From an uncultured Gammaproteobacteria bacterium (GTDB taxonomy: Bacteria; Pseudomonadota; Gammaproteobacteria; CAISUE01): DNA of 64,000 bases. How positions within the stretch are numbered: the stretch's first letter is position 1; each line of letters starts with the position of its first letter. Below are positions 1 through 10,900 of this stretch, in pieces. Both the position numbers and the translations under genes were made by a program. Under the pieces are notes generated by a model that saw nothing but the letters and a program-made list of their open reading frames with translations, was not told the DNA's origin and ran no database searches. Where the stretch lies: contig CAYYFQ010000001.1 in assembly GCA_964471475.1 (NCBI GenBank), positions 2,019-66,018 of the forward strand, given 5' to 3'.

Positions 1-1
1 T

Positions 2-172
2 AGCATTAAAAAAATCGTTAAAGAAGTCGAAGAGAAAAATAAAGAAGCCGCGCTCGCCGCCTTTCAAAATGCACAACCGATTATTGATCGGATGGCCACC
101 AAAGGCATTATTCATAAGAATAAAGCTGCGCGCATTAAGAGCCGCCTAACTAAGCATATTCGCGCGATTTAG
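2..172 (+). CDS. rpsT: 30S ribosomal protein S20, C-terminal part (5' end lies outside the window)
   Basis: Frame 2 reads ...AAFQNAQPIIDRMATKGIIHKNKAARIKSRLTKHIRAI*, the conserved S20 C-terminus. It is open to the window edge, with stop TAG at 170-172. Confidence 0.85.
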   Translation, partial: SIKKIVKEVEEKNKEAALAAFQNAQPIIDRMATKGIIHKNKAARIKSRLTKHIRAI

Positions 173-204
173 TTTTTTGTCGAGGCATGATTTTTAGCGC
201 CCTG

Positions 205-390
205 TTGTCATGCCAGCGCAGGCTGGCATCCAGGTAAATAAGTATCTTGGGAAGTAAAAATAAAGTGCATTTAACTTCGCAAACTAGAATTTTTCTCTTG
301 TATTCCCTAAAAGCATGCTTGACTGGATGCCAGCCTGCGCTGGCATGACAATCGCTTAAGTTGACGCCATAAGCCTGCGCTGGCATGACA
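205..390. mobile_element. MITE-like palindromic element, family A, copy 1
   Basis: Perfect 29-bp terminal inverted repeats: ttgtcatgccagcgcaggctggcatccag at 205-233 and its reverse complement at 323-351. An extra half-terminus lies at 372-390. A second copy is at 31881-32046. There is no coding capacity, and the 78-aa ORF 150..386 is an artefact of the element. Confidence 0.75.
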
Positions 391-442
391 GTATTTCTTT
401 TAGCATAAGCTCCTTTAAGTTAGCGCCCATTTCATTATGAAA

Positions 443-1120
443 TTACCCCACTCTCCCAAGCCTCATCGCTTCCTTTAACGTTTGAATATTATTTTCTACC
501 GGCTGTTCATTAAAAGCCGATGCGCCTGCAATAAAAGTTTCAACACCTTCTTGCATTAAAGAGGGAATATTTTGCGCATTGATACCGCCATCCAGCGCAA
601 TTTCTATCTTTACTTGCCGATCCACTAATTTTGCGCGCAGATCTTTCAATTTTCGATGCGTGCTGGGAATAAAGCTTTGCCCACTAAATCCAGGATTAAC
701 CGACATAATTAAGACAAAATCGAGTTCTTCTAGCACATAATCTAAACACGTTAATGGAGTAGCAGGATTTAATGCTAAACCAGCGCGCACTCCAAGTGAT
801 TTAATCAAACGCAAACTACGATCCACATGCTTAGAGGCTTCCGGATGAAAACTGATCGCCGACGCCCCTTCTTCCGCAAATTTGGCAATTAAATCATCCA
901 CGGGCTCCACCATGAGATGCACATCAAAAAAACACCGAATGCCATTTTTTTGTAGCGCTTTCATAATCCACGGACCAAAAGTTAAATTCGGAACATAGTG
1001 ATTGTCCATCACATCAATATGTAAACCATCTGCGCCTGCAGCAAGCGCGTCAGAAGCTTCCTGCGCCAGTTTTCCAAGATTACAAGAAAGTAAAGAGGGA
1101 TAGAGTTTGCTCATCATCAA
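443..1120 (-). CDS. rpe: ribulose-phosphate 3-epimerase
   Basis: 225-aa ORF with typical Rpe features (LSCNLGKL..., HIDVMDNHYVPNLTFGP, MSVNPGFSGQSFI, DGGIN). Confidence 0.9.
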   Translation of the reverse strand: MMMSKLYPSLLSCNLGKLAQEASDALAAGADGLHIDVMDNHYVPNLTFGPWIMKALQKNGIRCFFDVHLMVEPVDDLIAKFAEEGASAISFHPEASKHVDRSLRLIKSLGVRAGLALNPATPLTCLDYVLEELDFVLIMSVNPGFSGQSFIPSTHRKLKDLRAKLVDRQVKIEIALDGGINAQNIPSLMQEGVETFIAGASAFNEQPVENNIQTLKEAMRLGRVG

Positions 1121-1127
1121 ACCCTTA

Positions 1128-2693
1128 TTAATATTGAGCGCTCAAAGCGCGACAAAGTTTATCTTCCATCGCACGATAAGGATACAGTGCGCCTACAAAA
1201 TCATTCACCACGATAGAAAATGCCAATGTTTGACCATTGCGCGTTTCTACATAACCTGATAAAGAAGATACTCCATGCATACTCCCCGTTTTCGCCCTCA
1301 CCTTACCTACAATATCGCGAGAGCCTAAGCGATTGCGTAAAGTACCATTCAGCCCACCCACCGGCAATGCGCGTAAAAAATCATTATAAATTTCGGGGTT
1401 TTTATACGCAGCCACTAAAATTTGTGAAAATTGATCAGGAGAAACACGATCGTTACGCGATAAACCAGAGCCATCGATGACCACCATCCCTGTTGTATCA
1501 ACGCCGCTAGCATGCAAAATATTTTTTACCGCAATACCACTATTTTCCCAACTCGCCGAAGCTTTATTGTAATGTGCGCCTACCGTTTTAAATAAACTAT
1601 TGGCGAATAAATTATCAGAGCGCTTCATCATTTGTACGACTAAATTCGCCAAATCTGCAGAGTCATGTGAAGCTAGTAATTTTAAATGTGATGCGTCGGT
1701 GGGTAAACTATCCCCTAACACGGTGACACCATTACGAGCTAATAATTTTGCAGCTACATTTTGACCATATTCATCTCCTGGAGGGATGGTAATGGTCATT
1801 GGCATACCAGCGCGGCGCGTTGAAATATAACCATCTAAAAATGATTTTCCATTTTCACCTTGCTTGATCGTTACACGACATCCACCGCCATTTTGAGTAA
1901 TGATGCTATTTTCCAAGGGGAGCCGAATATCGTAAGGGGCAATGATTCTCGCAGGCCCTCCTGGAATGCCTGGCAATATTTTAATAGTGATGCAATTACG
2001 ATTCAGCGTGGCACTGTTGATCGGAGCTCCATAACAATAAGCCCGATCATGCAGCTCCGTTCCAGGCGCAATGCCTTGCCGATCAAAGCAGGTAGAATCT
2101 ACATATAAGGCACCTTCAATAGTGCGAATCCCTCGGAGTACTAATTGATGGGCAAGAGCATTCATGGTTTCAAGAGTAAGTGTAGGATCACCTTCATATT
2201 TTACATAAACATTTCCATGCAATACCCCATTAACTGGGTTTGCGGAAGGAGCATCTGTCAAAATTTGCGTATGAAATCGAAATTCAGGACCTAAAAATTT
2301 TAACGCTGCGAAAGCGGTTAAAATTTTCATATTACTTGCAGGTGTATAAAGCGTTTCCGCATCATTTTGATAAATAATCGTGCCTGCAGGCAAACTCCGC
2401 ACAATCACTCCCGTTGTAGCACGACGATTCATGTCAGACACAATTCCCGACAAACTGTAAGCATTAGCAAAAGGGGAGTTGGCATTGGCCGGTGTTGCAA
2501 AATTATTTTGATATTGCCTGCGTATGCTTTTTACACGTGATTTTTTTTTGGTGGTTTTTTGGGTAGCTTTTGAAGGTGCTGTATTTTGAGCTCCTCCGTT
2601 AGTTGCCGTCTGCGCATTGACGATATTCCCCAAAAACAAACTGGAGACAAAAACACTGCATAATACTGAAATTTTAATCTTACTCATCATCAT
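1128..2693 (-). CDS. dacB: D-alanyl-D-alanine carboxypeptidase/endopeptidase (PBP4, peptidase S13)
   Basis: 521-aa ORF with an N-terminal signal peptide, an SxxK-type motif (PASNMKILT), an SDN motif (KRSDNLFANSL) and a KTG motif (RAKTGSMHGVSSLSGY). Confidence 0.8.
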   Translation of the reverse strand: MMMSKIKISVLCSVFVSSLFLGNIVNAQTATNGGAQNTAPSKATQKTTKKKSRVKSIRRQYQNNFATPANANSPFANAYSLSGIVSDMNRRATTGVIVRSLPAGTIIYQNDAETLYTPASNMKILTAFAALKFLGPEFRFHTQILTDAPSANPVNGVLHGNVYVKYEGDPTLTLETMNALAHQLVLRGIRTIEGALYVDSTCFDRQGIAPGTELHDRAYCYGAPINSATLNRNCITIKILPGIPGGPARIIAPYDIRLPLENSIITQNGGGCRVTIKQGENGKSFLDGYISTRRAGMPMTITIPPGDEYGQNVAAKLLARNGVTVLGDSLPTDASHLKLLASHDSADLANLVVQMMKRSDNLFANSLFKTVGAHYNKASASWENSGIAVKNILHASGVDTTGMVVIDGSGLSRNDRVSPDQFSQILVAAYKNPEIYNDFLRALPVGGLNGTLRNRLGSRDIVGKVRAKTGSMHGVSSLSGYVETRNGQTLAFSIVVNDFVGALYPYRAMEDKLCRALSAQY

Positions 2694-2756
2694 GGTGAGC
2701 CCTCTGATTGCTTCCTAAACCGCCTATTGTAAACGAAATTTACTTAAATGAAACCA

Positions 2757-3578
2757 TCACAAAAACAAATCAGGGAATAATGCCACATTAGGATTAACAG
2801 CATAAGGCGTAAAATCGTTGACGCCGTGAGTGCGTAACACGTCCTCATCAATAAGAAATTGACCGCTTAACTTATTCGCTGGAGTGGTCAAAATATAATA
2901 AGCAGCATCCGCCATAATCTGAGGGTGACGCGAGGCTTGCATGAGTTCTTTGGGGAAATTAAATTCAATGGCAGCGGTCGCAATAGTGGTACGAGGCCAT
3001 AAAGAATTAACGCTAATATTTTGTGGTTTTAGTTCTTCGGCTAAGCCAATCGTACACATACTCATACCATATTTGGACATCGTATAAGCAAGATGTTTGG
3101 CAAACCATTTAGGGTCTAAATTGATAGGCGGAGATAAAGTTAAGATGTGTGCGTCCTCGGCTTTGGCCAAATAAGGGACTGCCGCTTGAGAACAGGCAAA
3201 AGTCGCACGCATATTCACTTGCATCATGAGATCAAAGCGTTTCATTTCAGTATGAGCAGTATCCGTTAATTGAATGGCACTGGCATTATTAATCAAAATA
3301 TCTATTCCACCAAAATGTTCGGCGGCTTTATGAAAAGCCGCTGTAATATTTTCTTCGTTTCGCACATCCAATGGAATTGCTAAGGCATCCCCTCCAAATG
3401 CTTTGACTTCTTCCGCCACTGAAAATATCGTTCCGGGCAACTTAGGGTGTGGCGTTACCGATTTCGCCGCAATCACTAAGTTCGCCCCATCTTTCGCAAA
3501 GCGCAACGCCATTTCACGACCAATTCCGCGACTGGCACCCGTAATAAAGATAGTTTTGCCTTTAAGATTATTAGCCAT
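2757..3578 (-). CDS. short-chain dehydrogenase/reductase (SDR) family oxidoreductase
   Basis: 273-aa ORF with the TGASRGIG Rossmann motif, NNAS and YxxxK (YTMSKYG). Substrate unknown. Confidence 0.8.
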   Translation of the reverse strand: MANNLKGKTIFITGASRGIGREMALRFAKDGANLVIAAKSVTPHPKLPGTIFSVAEEVKAFGGDALAIPLDVRNEENITAAFHKAAEHFGGIDILINNASAIQLTDTAHTEMKRFDLMMQVNMRATFACSQAAVPYLAKAEDAHILTLSPPINLDPKWFAKHLAYTMSKYGMSMCTIGLAEELKPQNISVNSLWPRTTIATAAIEFNFPKELMQASRHPQIMADAAYYILTTPANKLSGQFLIDEDVLRTHGVNDFTPYAVNPNVALFPDLFL

Positions 3579-3596
3579 AGAAATCCCTTTTTTTAC

Positions 3597-5687
3597 TTAC
3601 TCCGCATCTTTGATGGACAATTTGACGCGGCCTTGGCGATCAATCTCAATCGCTTTTACACGCACTTTTTGGCCTTCACTGACTACATCCTCTACTTTAG
3701 CCACACGCTCTGCGCTCAACTGAGAAATATGCACTAAACCATCTTTACCAGGAAAAACGTTTACAAAGGCACCAAACTCCATGATTTTCATCACGGTCCC
3801 ATCATAAGTTTTACCAATTTCAAAATCAGCCGTAATATGTGCGATGCGTTCTTTAGCAGCTTTTACTGCAGCTTCATCGGTAGCAAAAATCTTAATCGTT
3901 CCATCTTCAGCGATATCAATTTGAGTTTTGGTTTCTTCTGTCAAGGCTTTGATCACTGCACCACCTTTACCAATCACATCACGAATTTTATCGGGATGAA
4001 TTTTAATGGTGGTAATTCTCGGTGCATATTTAGAAACTTCTGTGCGTGCAGATGCTAAAGCTTTATTCATTTCGCCCAAGATATGCAATCGACCAGCCGC
4101 CGCTTGCGCTAACGCTTGTGCCATGATTTCAGGCGTAATGCCATTAATTTTGATATCCATCTGCAAGGCTGTCACACCTGTGCTTGTGCCTGCCACTTTA
4201 AAATCCATATCGCCTAAATGATCTTCATCTCCTAAAATATCCGTCAAAATAGCAAATTTTTCTCCTTCTTTCACGAGCCCCATCGCAATCCCCGCCACCG
4301 GAGCTTTGAGAGGAACTCCTGCATCCATTAACGCAAGGGAAGCACCACACACCGTCGCCATGGAGCTTGAGCCATTTGATTCTGTAATTTCAGAAACCAC
4401 CCGTAATGTATACGGAAACTCCGCCAGCGTAGGCAAAACCCCCATCATTGCACGCTTTGCCAAACGACCATGACCAACTTCTCGGCGCTTTGGGCTACCC
4501 ATCATACCCACTTCACCCACAGAAAAAGGAGGAAAATTATATTGCAACATAAAAGGATCGCGTGTTTCCGTGGTATCAATCGAATCTAGTATTTGCGCAT
4601 CACGCTCAGCACCTAAAGTGGCCACCACAATCGCTTGCGTTTCACCACGAGTGAAAACCACTGAACCATGTACACGTGGTAAATAAGTAGTCGCAATTTC
4701 AATAGGACGTACGGTTTTTAAATCACGCCCATCAATGCGTTGGCCACAATCTAAAATTTGACGACGTACAATTTGGCTTTCGATTTCTGAAAATGCCGCA
4801 TTAATGGCATTTTTGCTTAAAGTGGGATTATTTTCTACATAATGTGCTAATACTTGATCGCGTAAAGCAGAAATTTTGGCATAGCGCGCTTCTTTTTCAC
4901 GAATTTGATACGCTTCTTGCAAACCAAGCCCTACTTGAGCACGAATTTCATCTACCAAAGTCGTAGTGACTGCTGGGGGCGTCCATCCCCAGTTCGGCGA
5001 GTTAACTTCCTGGGCAAAAGCTTTGATATTTTGAATCGCCACTTGTTGTTGTTGATGACCAAAAATAACCGCCGCTAACATGATATCTTCCGGCAATTCT
5101 TTCGCCGAAGATTCTACCATCAACACCGCAGTGTCAGTACCGGCAACGACTAAATCTAGTGCAGAAGTTTCAACTTCTTTAGAACTTGGATTTAATAAAA
5201 ATTGACCATCAAGATACCCTACCCTCGCAGCACCAATAGGACCTTCAAAAGGTAAACCCGCAATACTTAACGCAGCAGAAGCACCTATCATGGCGGGAAT
5301 GTCCGTATTGACGTCGGGATCGTAAGACATCACCGTGATTACTACTTGCAACTCATGATAAAAACCTTCAGGGAATAAAGGACGAATAGGACGGTCAATC
5401 AAGCGTGCAATTAAAGTTTCACGATCGGTAGGACGTCCTTCACGTTTAAAAAACCCAGCAGGAATTCTACCTGCTGCATAAAATTTTTCAATGTAATTAA
5501 CAGTGAGAGGGAAAAAATCCGTTCCTTCACGCACCGTTTTGGCAGCCACCGCGGTAACCAACATGACCGTTTCACCCATAGTGACTAAAACTGCAGCGGT
5601 TGCTTGACGTGCAAGCATTCCAGTTTCGAGCGTAACCGTGTGTTTCCCGTAAGTAAATGTTTTACTGATTTTATTAAAAAGTGACAT
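3597..5687 (-). CDS. pnp: polyribonucleotide nucleotidyltransferase (PNPase)
   Basis: 696-aa ORF with two RNase PH domains followed by KH ([14 protein letters not shown]) and S1 ([15 protein letters not shown]) domains. It sits in the canonical rpsO-pnp arrangement. Confidence 0.95.
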   Translation of the reverse strand: MSLFNKISKTFTYGKHTVTLETGMLARQATAAVLVTMGETVMLVTAVAAKTVREGTDFFPLTVNYIEKFYAAGRIPAGFFKREGRPTDRETLIARLIDRPIRPLFPEGFYHELQVVITVMSYDPDVNTDIPAMIGASAALSIAGLPFEGPIGAARVGYLDGQFLLNPSSKEVETSALDLVVAGTDTAVLMVESSAKELPEDIMLAAVIFGHQQQQVAIQNIKAFAQEVNSPNWGWTPPAVTTTLVDEIRAQVGLGLQEAYQIREKEARYAKISALRDQVLAHYVENNPTLSKNAINAAFSEIESQIVRRQILDCGQRIDGRDLKTVRPIEIATTYLPRVHGSVVFTRGETQAIVVATLGAERDAQILDSIDTTETRDPFMLQYNFPPFSVGEVGMMGSPKRREVGHGRLAKRAMMGVLPTLAEFPYTLRVVSEITESNGSSSMATVCGASLALMDAGVPLKAPVAGIAMGLVKEGEKFAILTDILGDEDHLGDMDFKVAGTSTGVTALQMDIKINGITPEIMAQALAQAAAGRLHILGEMNKALASARTEVSKYAPRITTIKIHPDKIRDVIGKGGAVIKALTEETKTQIDIAEDGTIKIFATDEAAVKAAKERIAHITADFEIGKTYDGTVMKIMEFGAFVNVFPGKDGLVHISQLSAERVAKVEDVVSEGQKVRVKAIEIDRQGRVKLSIKDAE

Positions 5688-5714
5688 GTTATTTCCTTTG
5701 TTTAAAAAATGTTA

Positions 5715-6055
5715 AGAAAAAATTCCTAACGAAAATAACAAGAGAAGACGGAGAAAAAGTGCTAGAGGGTGGAACGATAGAATCTCGATGCATAACAAAA
5801 CTTTTGCAGAACCACTAATTATCTCTCCCCTTGTGGGTGAGATTCGCAAAGCGAATCGAGCGGGTGAGGGAGGGGGTTATAGTTTTGCATTTTATACCTC
5901 TCACTCGCGCTTTGCGCGACCTCTTCCACAAGGGGAGAGGTAACGTACTTTCATGCATTTACGTCTTGTCTTATGCAACGCGATAAAAGACATCAATCGT
6001 TTTGAAGCAATTTTTCTCTGTCCTCTAGAAGTCGTGTTCGTTAGAATTATAAAAA
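5715..6055. repeat. extended imperfect palindrome occupying the rpsO-pnp leader
   Basis: The arm at 5715-5820 and the reverse complement of 5941-6055 align over about 100 nt, for example gagaagacggagaaaaagtgct versus tagaggacagagaaaaattgct. The REP-like pair at 5823-5940 sits at the apex. Confidence 0.6.
5823..5940. repeat. REP-like element, family B, two inverted units
   Basis: tctctccccttgtgg...cgcaaagcg...gtgagg at 5823-5870 is mirrored by acctctcac...gcgctttgcgcg...ccacaaggggagagg at 5896-5940. Each unit has its own small hairpin (gattcgc aaa gcgaatc). A related single unit lies at 13216-13269. Confidence 0.7.
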
Positions 6056-6074
6056 ACCCTGTTATTCACAGGGG
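6051..6074 (-). terminator. candidate intrinsic terminator/attenuator after rpsO
   Basis: On the minus strand, ccctgt-gaata-acaggg is followed by TTTTTT and begins 10 nt after the rpsO stop. The stem is only 6 bp. Confidence 0.5.
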
Positions 6075-6083
6075 TGCGGAGGA

Positions 6084-6353
6084 TTAGTATCTTAATCCCA
6101 ATCGTTCAATTAATTGTTTGTAACGAGCAAGGTCTTTGCGTTTCAAATAATCCAACAACTTCCGGCGACGATTGATCATTGCTGATAAACCACGACGAGA
6201 ATGAACATCTTTTTTGTGTATGGCAAAGTGCTCTGTTAACTCTTTAATGTTAGCAGTCAACAAAGCTACTTGCACTTCAGGAGAACCTGAATCACTAGGT
6301 GCTAATCGATAGTCTTGAACAATTTGTTTCTTTTGTTCAACAGTTAAAGCCAT
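6084..6353 (-). CDS. rpsO: 30S ribosomal protein S15
   Basis: [15 protein letters not shown]...[24 protein letters not shown]...RLGLRY is full-length S15. The start was moved to the MALT methionine at 6353, since the track ORF has 4 extra upstream codons. Confidence 0.95.
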   Translation of the reverse strand: MALTVEQKKQIVQDYRLAPSDSGSPEVQVALLTANIKELTEHFAIHKKDVHSRRGLSAMINRRRKLLDYLKRKDLARYKQLIERLGLRY

Positions 6354-6450
6354 AAAAAACCTCATTTGATTTTATTGAATAAAAAAGCCTTGGCAAGGCA
6401 TATTTTCTGAGAGTTGCGTATTTTACACTAGATAGCACCCAAAAGCTAGG

Positions 6451-7257
6451 CTACCACTTACCGCTGGCGCCACCCCCACCAAAACCTCCACCGCCGCCGC
6501 TGAAACTATCATCGTCATCGTTGCCAGAACCTCCGCTCCCGCCGCCACGACCACTCCCACTACTGAGAAAAAAATATAATAACAGCCAGAAAAATGCTTT
6601 TAAGCGACTATGATCTTTAAGGGTACCGCGTAAGCTAGAGTATTGGCTACCAAAACTAATCGCACGAATCACCACAATAAGCACGAGAAAAAATAAAAAA
6701 GCGGTTGGTCCATCAATGGAGTTTGTGCCATTAGCACGGGGGGAGGCGCCCTTATATTCACCTTGAGTCACCTGCATAATGGCATTGACACCGTTTTGAA
6801 TGCCTTGATAATAATTTCCCATCTTAAAATTTGGCGCAATGTCATGCCGAATAATAAGATCCGACACTGCATCGGTTAAAACACCTTCCAGTCCATAACC
6901 CACCTCAATACGAATATCGTGGCTATCTTTAATAATCAAAAGTAGCACTCCATTATCATGTTCGTGCGAACCTATCTTCCACTGTTGTGCCAAATGGACC
7001 GAAAAATCTTCTAAAGACTCTCCATTCAACGAACCAAAAGTTGCTACCACAATTTGATTAGAAGTTTGCTGATCGAACTGATGCAATTCTTTATTGAGCG
7101 ATTGAACTTGCGCAGCATTCAATAAATGCGCGTAATCATTGACATATGTATTCGTAAACGCTGGAATCTTCAAAGTATTAGCGCTTACAACTGTACTTAT
7201 TCCTAACAAAAAAAACAGCGCGATGAAACAATGATGCCACCTTCCAAAAATTCTCAC
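6451..7257 (-). CDS. TPM-domain (YgcG-like) membrane protein
   Basis: 268-aa ORF with a signal peptide, a TPM-type domain (YVNDYAHLL..., IRIEVGYGLEG), a TM segment and a Gly-rich tail. It overlaps the LemA gene by 4 nt, the usual LemA/TPM pairing. Confidence 0.8.
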   Translation of the reverse strand: MRIFGRWHHCFIALFFLLGISTVVSANTLKIPAFTNTYVNDYAHLLNAAQVQSLNKELHQFDQQTSNQIVVATFGSLNGESLEDFSVHLAQQWKIGSHEHDNGVLLLIIKDSHDIRIEVGYGLEGVLTDAVSDLIIRHDIAPNFKMGNYYQGIQNGVNAIMQVTQGEYKGASPRANGTNSIDGPTAFLFFLVLIVVIRAISFGSQYSSLRGTLKDHSRLKAFFWLLLYFFLSSGSGRGGGSGGSGNDDDDSFSGGGGGFGGGGASGKW

Positions 7258-7838
7258 GAAAATTGTACCTTAGGGGCCGTAGCAGCCGCAGCATCCGCTG
7301 AAAAATAAGCTTTTTCATGAAATCCAAAAAGAGCAGCCACCACCATTGCTGGGAATCGACGTCTTGCGATATTGTAGGCTTCTACCGCATTGTTAAAGCG
7401 TTCTCGCGCTACTGAAATACGGTTTTCTGTGCCCTCCAACTGCGATTGCAATGCTAAAAAATTTTCACTTGCTTTTAAATCGGGATAACGCTCTACATTA
7501 ATCATTAAGCTGCTAATTGCTCCCGACAAAGCGGCCTGTGAGCGATTCACTTCATCTAAAGCAGATTGATTTTCAGGCGTAGCGCCTCGTAAACTGTTCA
7601 TTGCTTGTGCACGCGCTTGCGTCACTGCCACTAAGGTAGATTTTTCATGTGTAGCATAACCTTGTACCGTGGCTACTAAATTTGGCACAAGATCCATACG
7701 TCGTTGATAACTGGTTTCCACTTGCCCCCAGTTTTGAGACACTTGCTCTTGCAAACTCACTAAATCGTTATAACTTCCCATCATCCATAAAATTAATAAA
7801 ATGACGACCCCAATTATTATGGCAAGCGTTTTGTTCAT
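7254..7838 (-). CDS. lemA: LemA family protein
   Basis: N-terminal TM segment followed by a LemA-like region (YNDLVSLQEQV...ERYPDLKASENF...RISVARERFN). The start was chosen at MNKT (7838), which has a GGAGG 6-7 nt upstream; the track ORF begins 20 codons earlier. Confidence 0.85.
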   Translation of the reverse strand: MNKTLAIIIGVVILLILWMMGSYNDLVSLQEQVSQNWGQVETSYQRRMDLVPNLVATVQGYATHEKSTLVAVTQARAQAMNSLRGATPENQSALDEVNRSQAALSGAISSLMINVERYPDLKASENFLALQSQLEGTENRISVARERFNNAVEAYNIARRRFPAMVVAALFGFHEKAYFSADAAAATAPKVQFS

Positions 7839-7954
7839 GAAAACCTCCGAGTTCCGCGAAAAAACTATAAATCTATCATGTTGATCTCTCGCTTGCAATC
7901 GATGCTACCAGCATTTTAGAGTATACTCTTGGCTTATTATTCGATAAAAATCAT

Positions 7955-10900
7955 ATGCTTTACCAAATTATTCAAGAGCGTATCCTCTTCCTCGATGGCG
8001 CGATGGGAACGATGATCCAGCAATATCGTTTAAATGAAGAAGATTATCGCGGCTCACGATTTAAAAATTACGCAAGGGAGTTAAAAGGCAATAACGATTT
8101 ACTCACACTCACGCAGCCGCATTTAATTGAGGAAATTTACCACGCTTACTTACAAGCGGGCTCCGATATCATTACCACCAACACTTTCAATGCCAACCGC
8201 ATTTCCATGGCCGATTATGGAATGGAAAATTTAGTGGTGGAATTAAATTACCACGCTGCTTTATCGGCCAAAAAACTTGCAAACACGATAGCACTCCACA
8301 CTCCCACCAAACCACGATTTGTGGCAGGCGTTTTAGGTCCTACTAATCGCACCCTTTCGTTATCACCAGATGTAAATGATCCGAGTTTTCGCAATGTTAA
8401 TTTTTCTTTATTGGTTGAAACTTACCGTGAAGCACTTGATGGATTAATTAAAGGTGGCGTGGATATCATTTTAGTAGAAACAATTTTTGATACTTTAAAT
8501 TGCAAAGCGGCTTTATTTGCGATTCAACAATATTTCGAGCAACATCATCTGAAACTACCTATTATGATTTCAGGCACTATCACGGATGCCAGCGGCCGCA
8601 CGCTTTCTGGACAAACCACCGAAGCTTTTTGGTATTCCGTCAAACATGTTCAACCCTTTGCCATCGGCTTAAACTGCGCTTTGGGCGCAACTGAATTACG
8701 CCCTTATCTGGAAATTCTATCGCGCATTGCTGACACTCATGTCAGCGCTCATCCTAATGCCGGCCTTCCAAATGCCTTTGGCAATTATGATGAAAGCCCT
8801 GAAAGCATGGCAACTACCATTGGCGAATTTGCCGCAAGTGGTTTTTTAAATATCGTAGGGGGCTGTTGCGGGACCACTCCTGAACATATTGAAGCGATAG
8901 TGGAAGCTGTGAAAGCTTGCTCACCCCGCCACATCCCAAGCATCCCAAAAGCTTGTCGTTTAAGTGGCCTTGAAGCACTTGAGCTCAACCAAAAAAGTTT
9001 ATTTTGCAATGTAGGTGAACGTACCAATGTGACGGGTTCTAAAAAATTTGCGCGCTTAATTCGCGAAAAAAATTATACGGAAGCGCTGCATATCGCTTTA
9101 CAGCAAGTCAACAATGGCGCTCAAATCCTGGATATCAATATGGATGAAGGATTACTCGATTCTCAAAGCGAGATGGTACATTTCTTAAATTTGATTGCAG
9201 GCGAGCCTGATATTGCACGCATCCCGCTTATGATCGACTCTTCGAAATGGGAAGTGATTGAAGCCGGATTACAGTGCGTCCAAGGAAAAGCCATCGTTAA
9301 CTCCATTAGTCTTAAAGAAGGGGAAGAAAAGTTTTTAGCGCAAGCCAAATTAATTCACCAATATGGCGCCGCTGCAATCGTCATGGCCTTCGATGAGAAA
9401 GGGCAAGCAGATAGTGAAGATCGCAAAGTTGAAATTTGTACTCGCGCTTATCACTTGTTAGTTAACGCGGGTTTTCCCCCAGAAGATATTATTTTCGATG
9501 CCAATATTTTCGCATTAGCCACGGGAATTGAAGCGCACAACAATTACGGCGTTGATTTTATTAATGCAATCAAACGCATTAAATCCACACTCCCTCATGC
9601 ATTAACCAGCGGTGGTATCAGCAACGTGTCTTTTTCTTTTCGAGGCAATGACCCCTTACGAGAAGCCATTCATGCAGTGTTTTTATATCACGCCATCCGC
9701 GCAGGCCTCAGCATGGGAATTGTAAATGCGGGACAACTGATAGTATATGACGAAATTCCTCGTATGCTTTTAGAACGCACTGAAGATGTCGTCCTCAATC
9801 GACGTGCGGATGCCACAGAACGCCTACTGGAAGTCGCTGACTCCATCAGTACGCAAAGTAAAACAACTACACCAGATTTATCATGGCGTGAAAAATCACC
9901 TGTCGAACGTTTAACGCATGCTCTAGTGAGCGGCATTAACACGTTTATTGTGGAAGACACCGAGGCGGTACGTTTACAAGTGAAGCATCCTCTTGAAGTC
10001 ATTGAAGGCCCTTTAATGGATGGCATGAATGTGGTGGGTGATTTATTTGGGAGCGGCAAAATGTTTTTACCACAAGTCGTGAAAAGTGCTCGAGTCATGA
10101 AACAAGCAGTTGCTTATCTCATTCCTTTCATTGAAGCCTGCCAAGATGGCCGTAGTCAAAAAGTAAAAGGAAAAATTATTTTAGCCACTGTAAAAGGCGA
10201 TGTGCATGATATTGGTAAAAATATTGTAGCTGTTGTGTTGCAATGTAATAATTATGAAGTGATTGATTTAGGCGTGATGGTACCTTGTCAAAAAATTTTA
10301 GCAAGCGCCAAGGAGTATGAAGCTGATTTTATTGGTTTAAGTGGATTAATCACACCATCTTTAGATGAAATGGAACATATAGCTAGCGAAATGGAACGCC
10401 AATCTTTTAATCTCCCACTGTTAATTGGAGGCGCAACTACTTCCAAAATGCATACCGCCGTAAAAATTGCACCACACTACAAGCACCCTGTCGTATATGT
10501 TAAAGATGCGTCGCGCGTAGTCAATGTGGTCACGCACTTATTAAATTCGTCTTTACGAGAAGGTTATTGGGAAGAAATGCAAACCGACTATGCGAGACTC
10601 ACTGAAGCTTATCATCAAAAAAAATCACTAGCGCCCTCATGCCCTATTACGGCAGCGCGCGCAAATAAATTAAATATTAACTGGGAAATGTATGAACCTC
10701 CAGCACCCACATGGTTAGGTATTAGAGCACTTAATCATTTAAATTTAACCCAACTCCTTCCCTATATCGACTGGACGCCTTTTTTTAAATCATGGGGATT
10801 AGCAGGAAAATATCCACGCATTTTAACAGATGATATCGTAGGAGAAGCTGCCACACAATTATTTGAAGACGCTCAATCGATGCTTCAAAAAATTTTGGAT

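Noticed and set aside
150-386. 78-aa minus-strand ORF
   Set aside because: It lies entirely within MITE family A copy 1. Its 'protein' is the translation of the palindromic termini (ASAGWH.../...SLRWHD), so it is an artefact.
7899-7954. Possible cobalamin or SAM riboswitch upstream of metH
   Set aside because: The intergenic region is only 56 nt, which is too short for either riboswitch class, and no conserved B12-box was seen.
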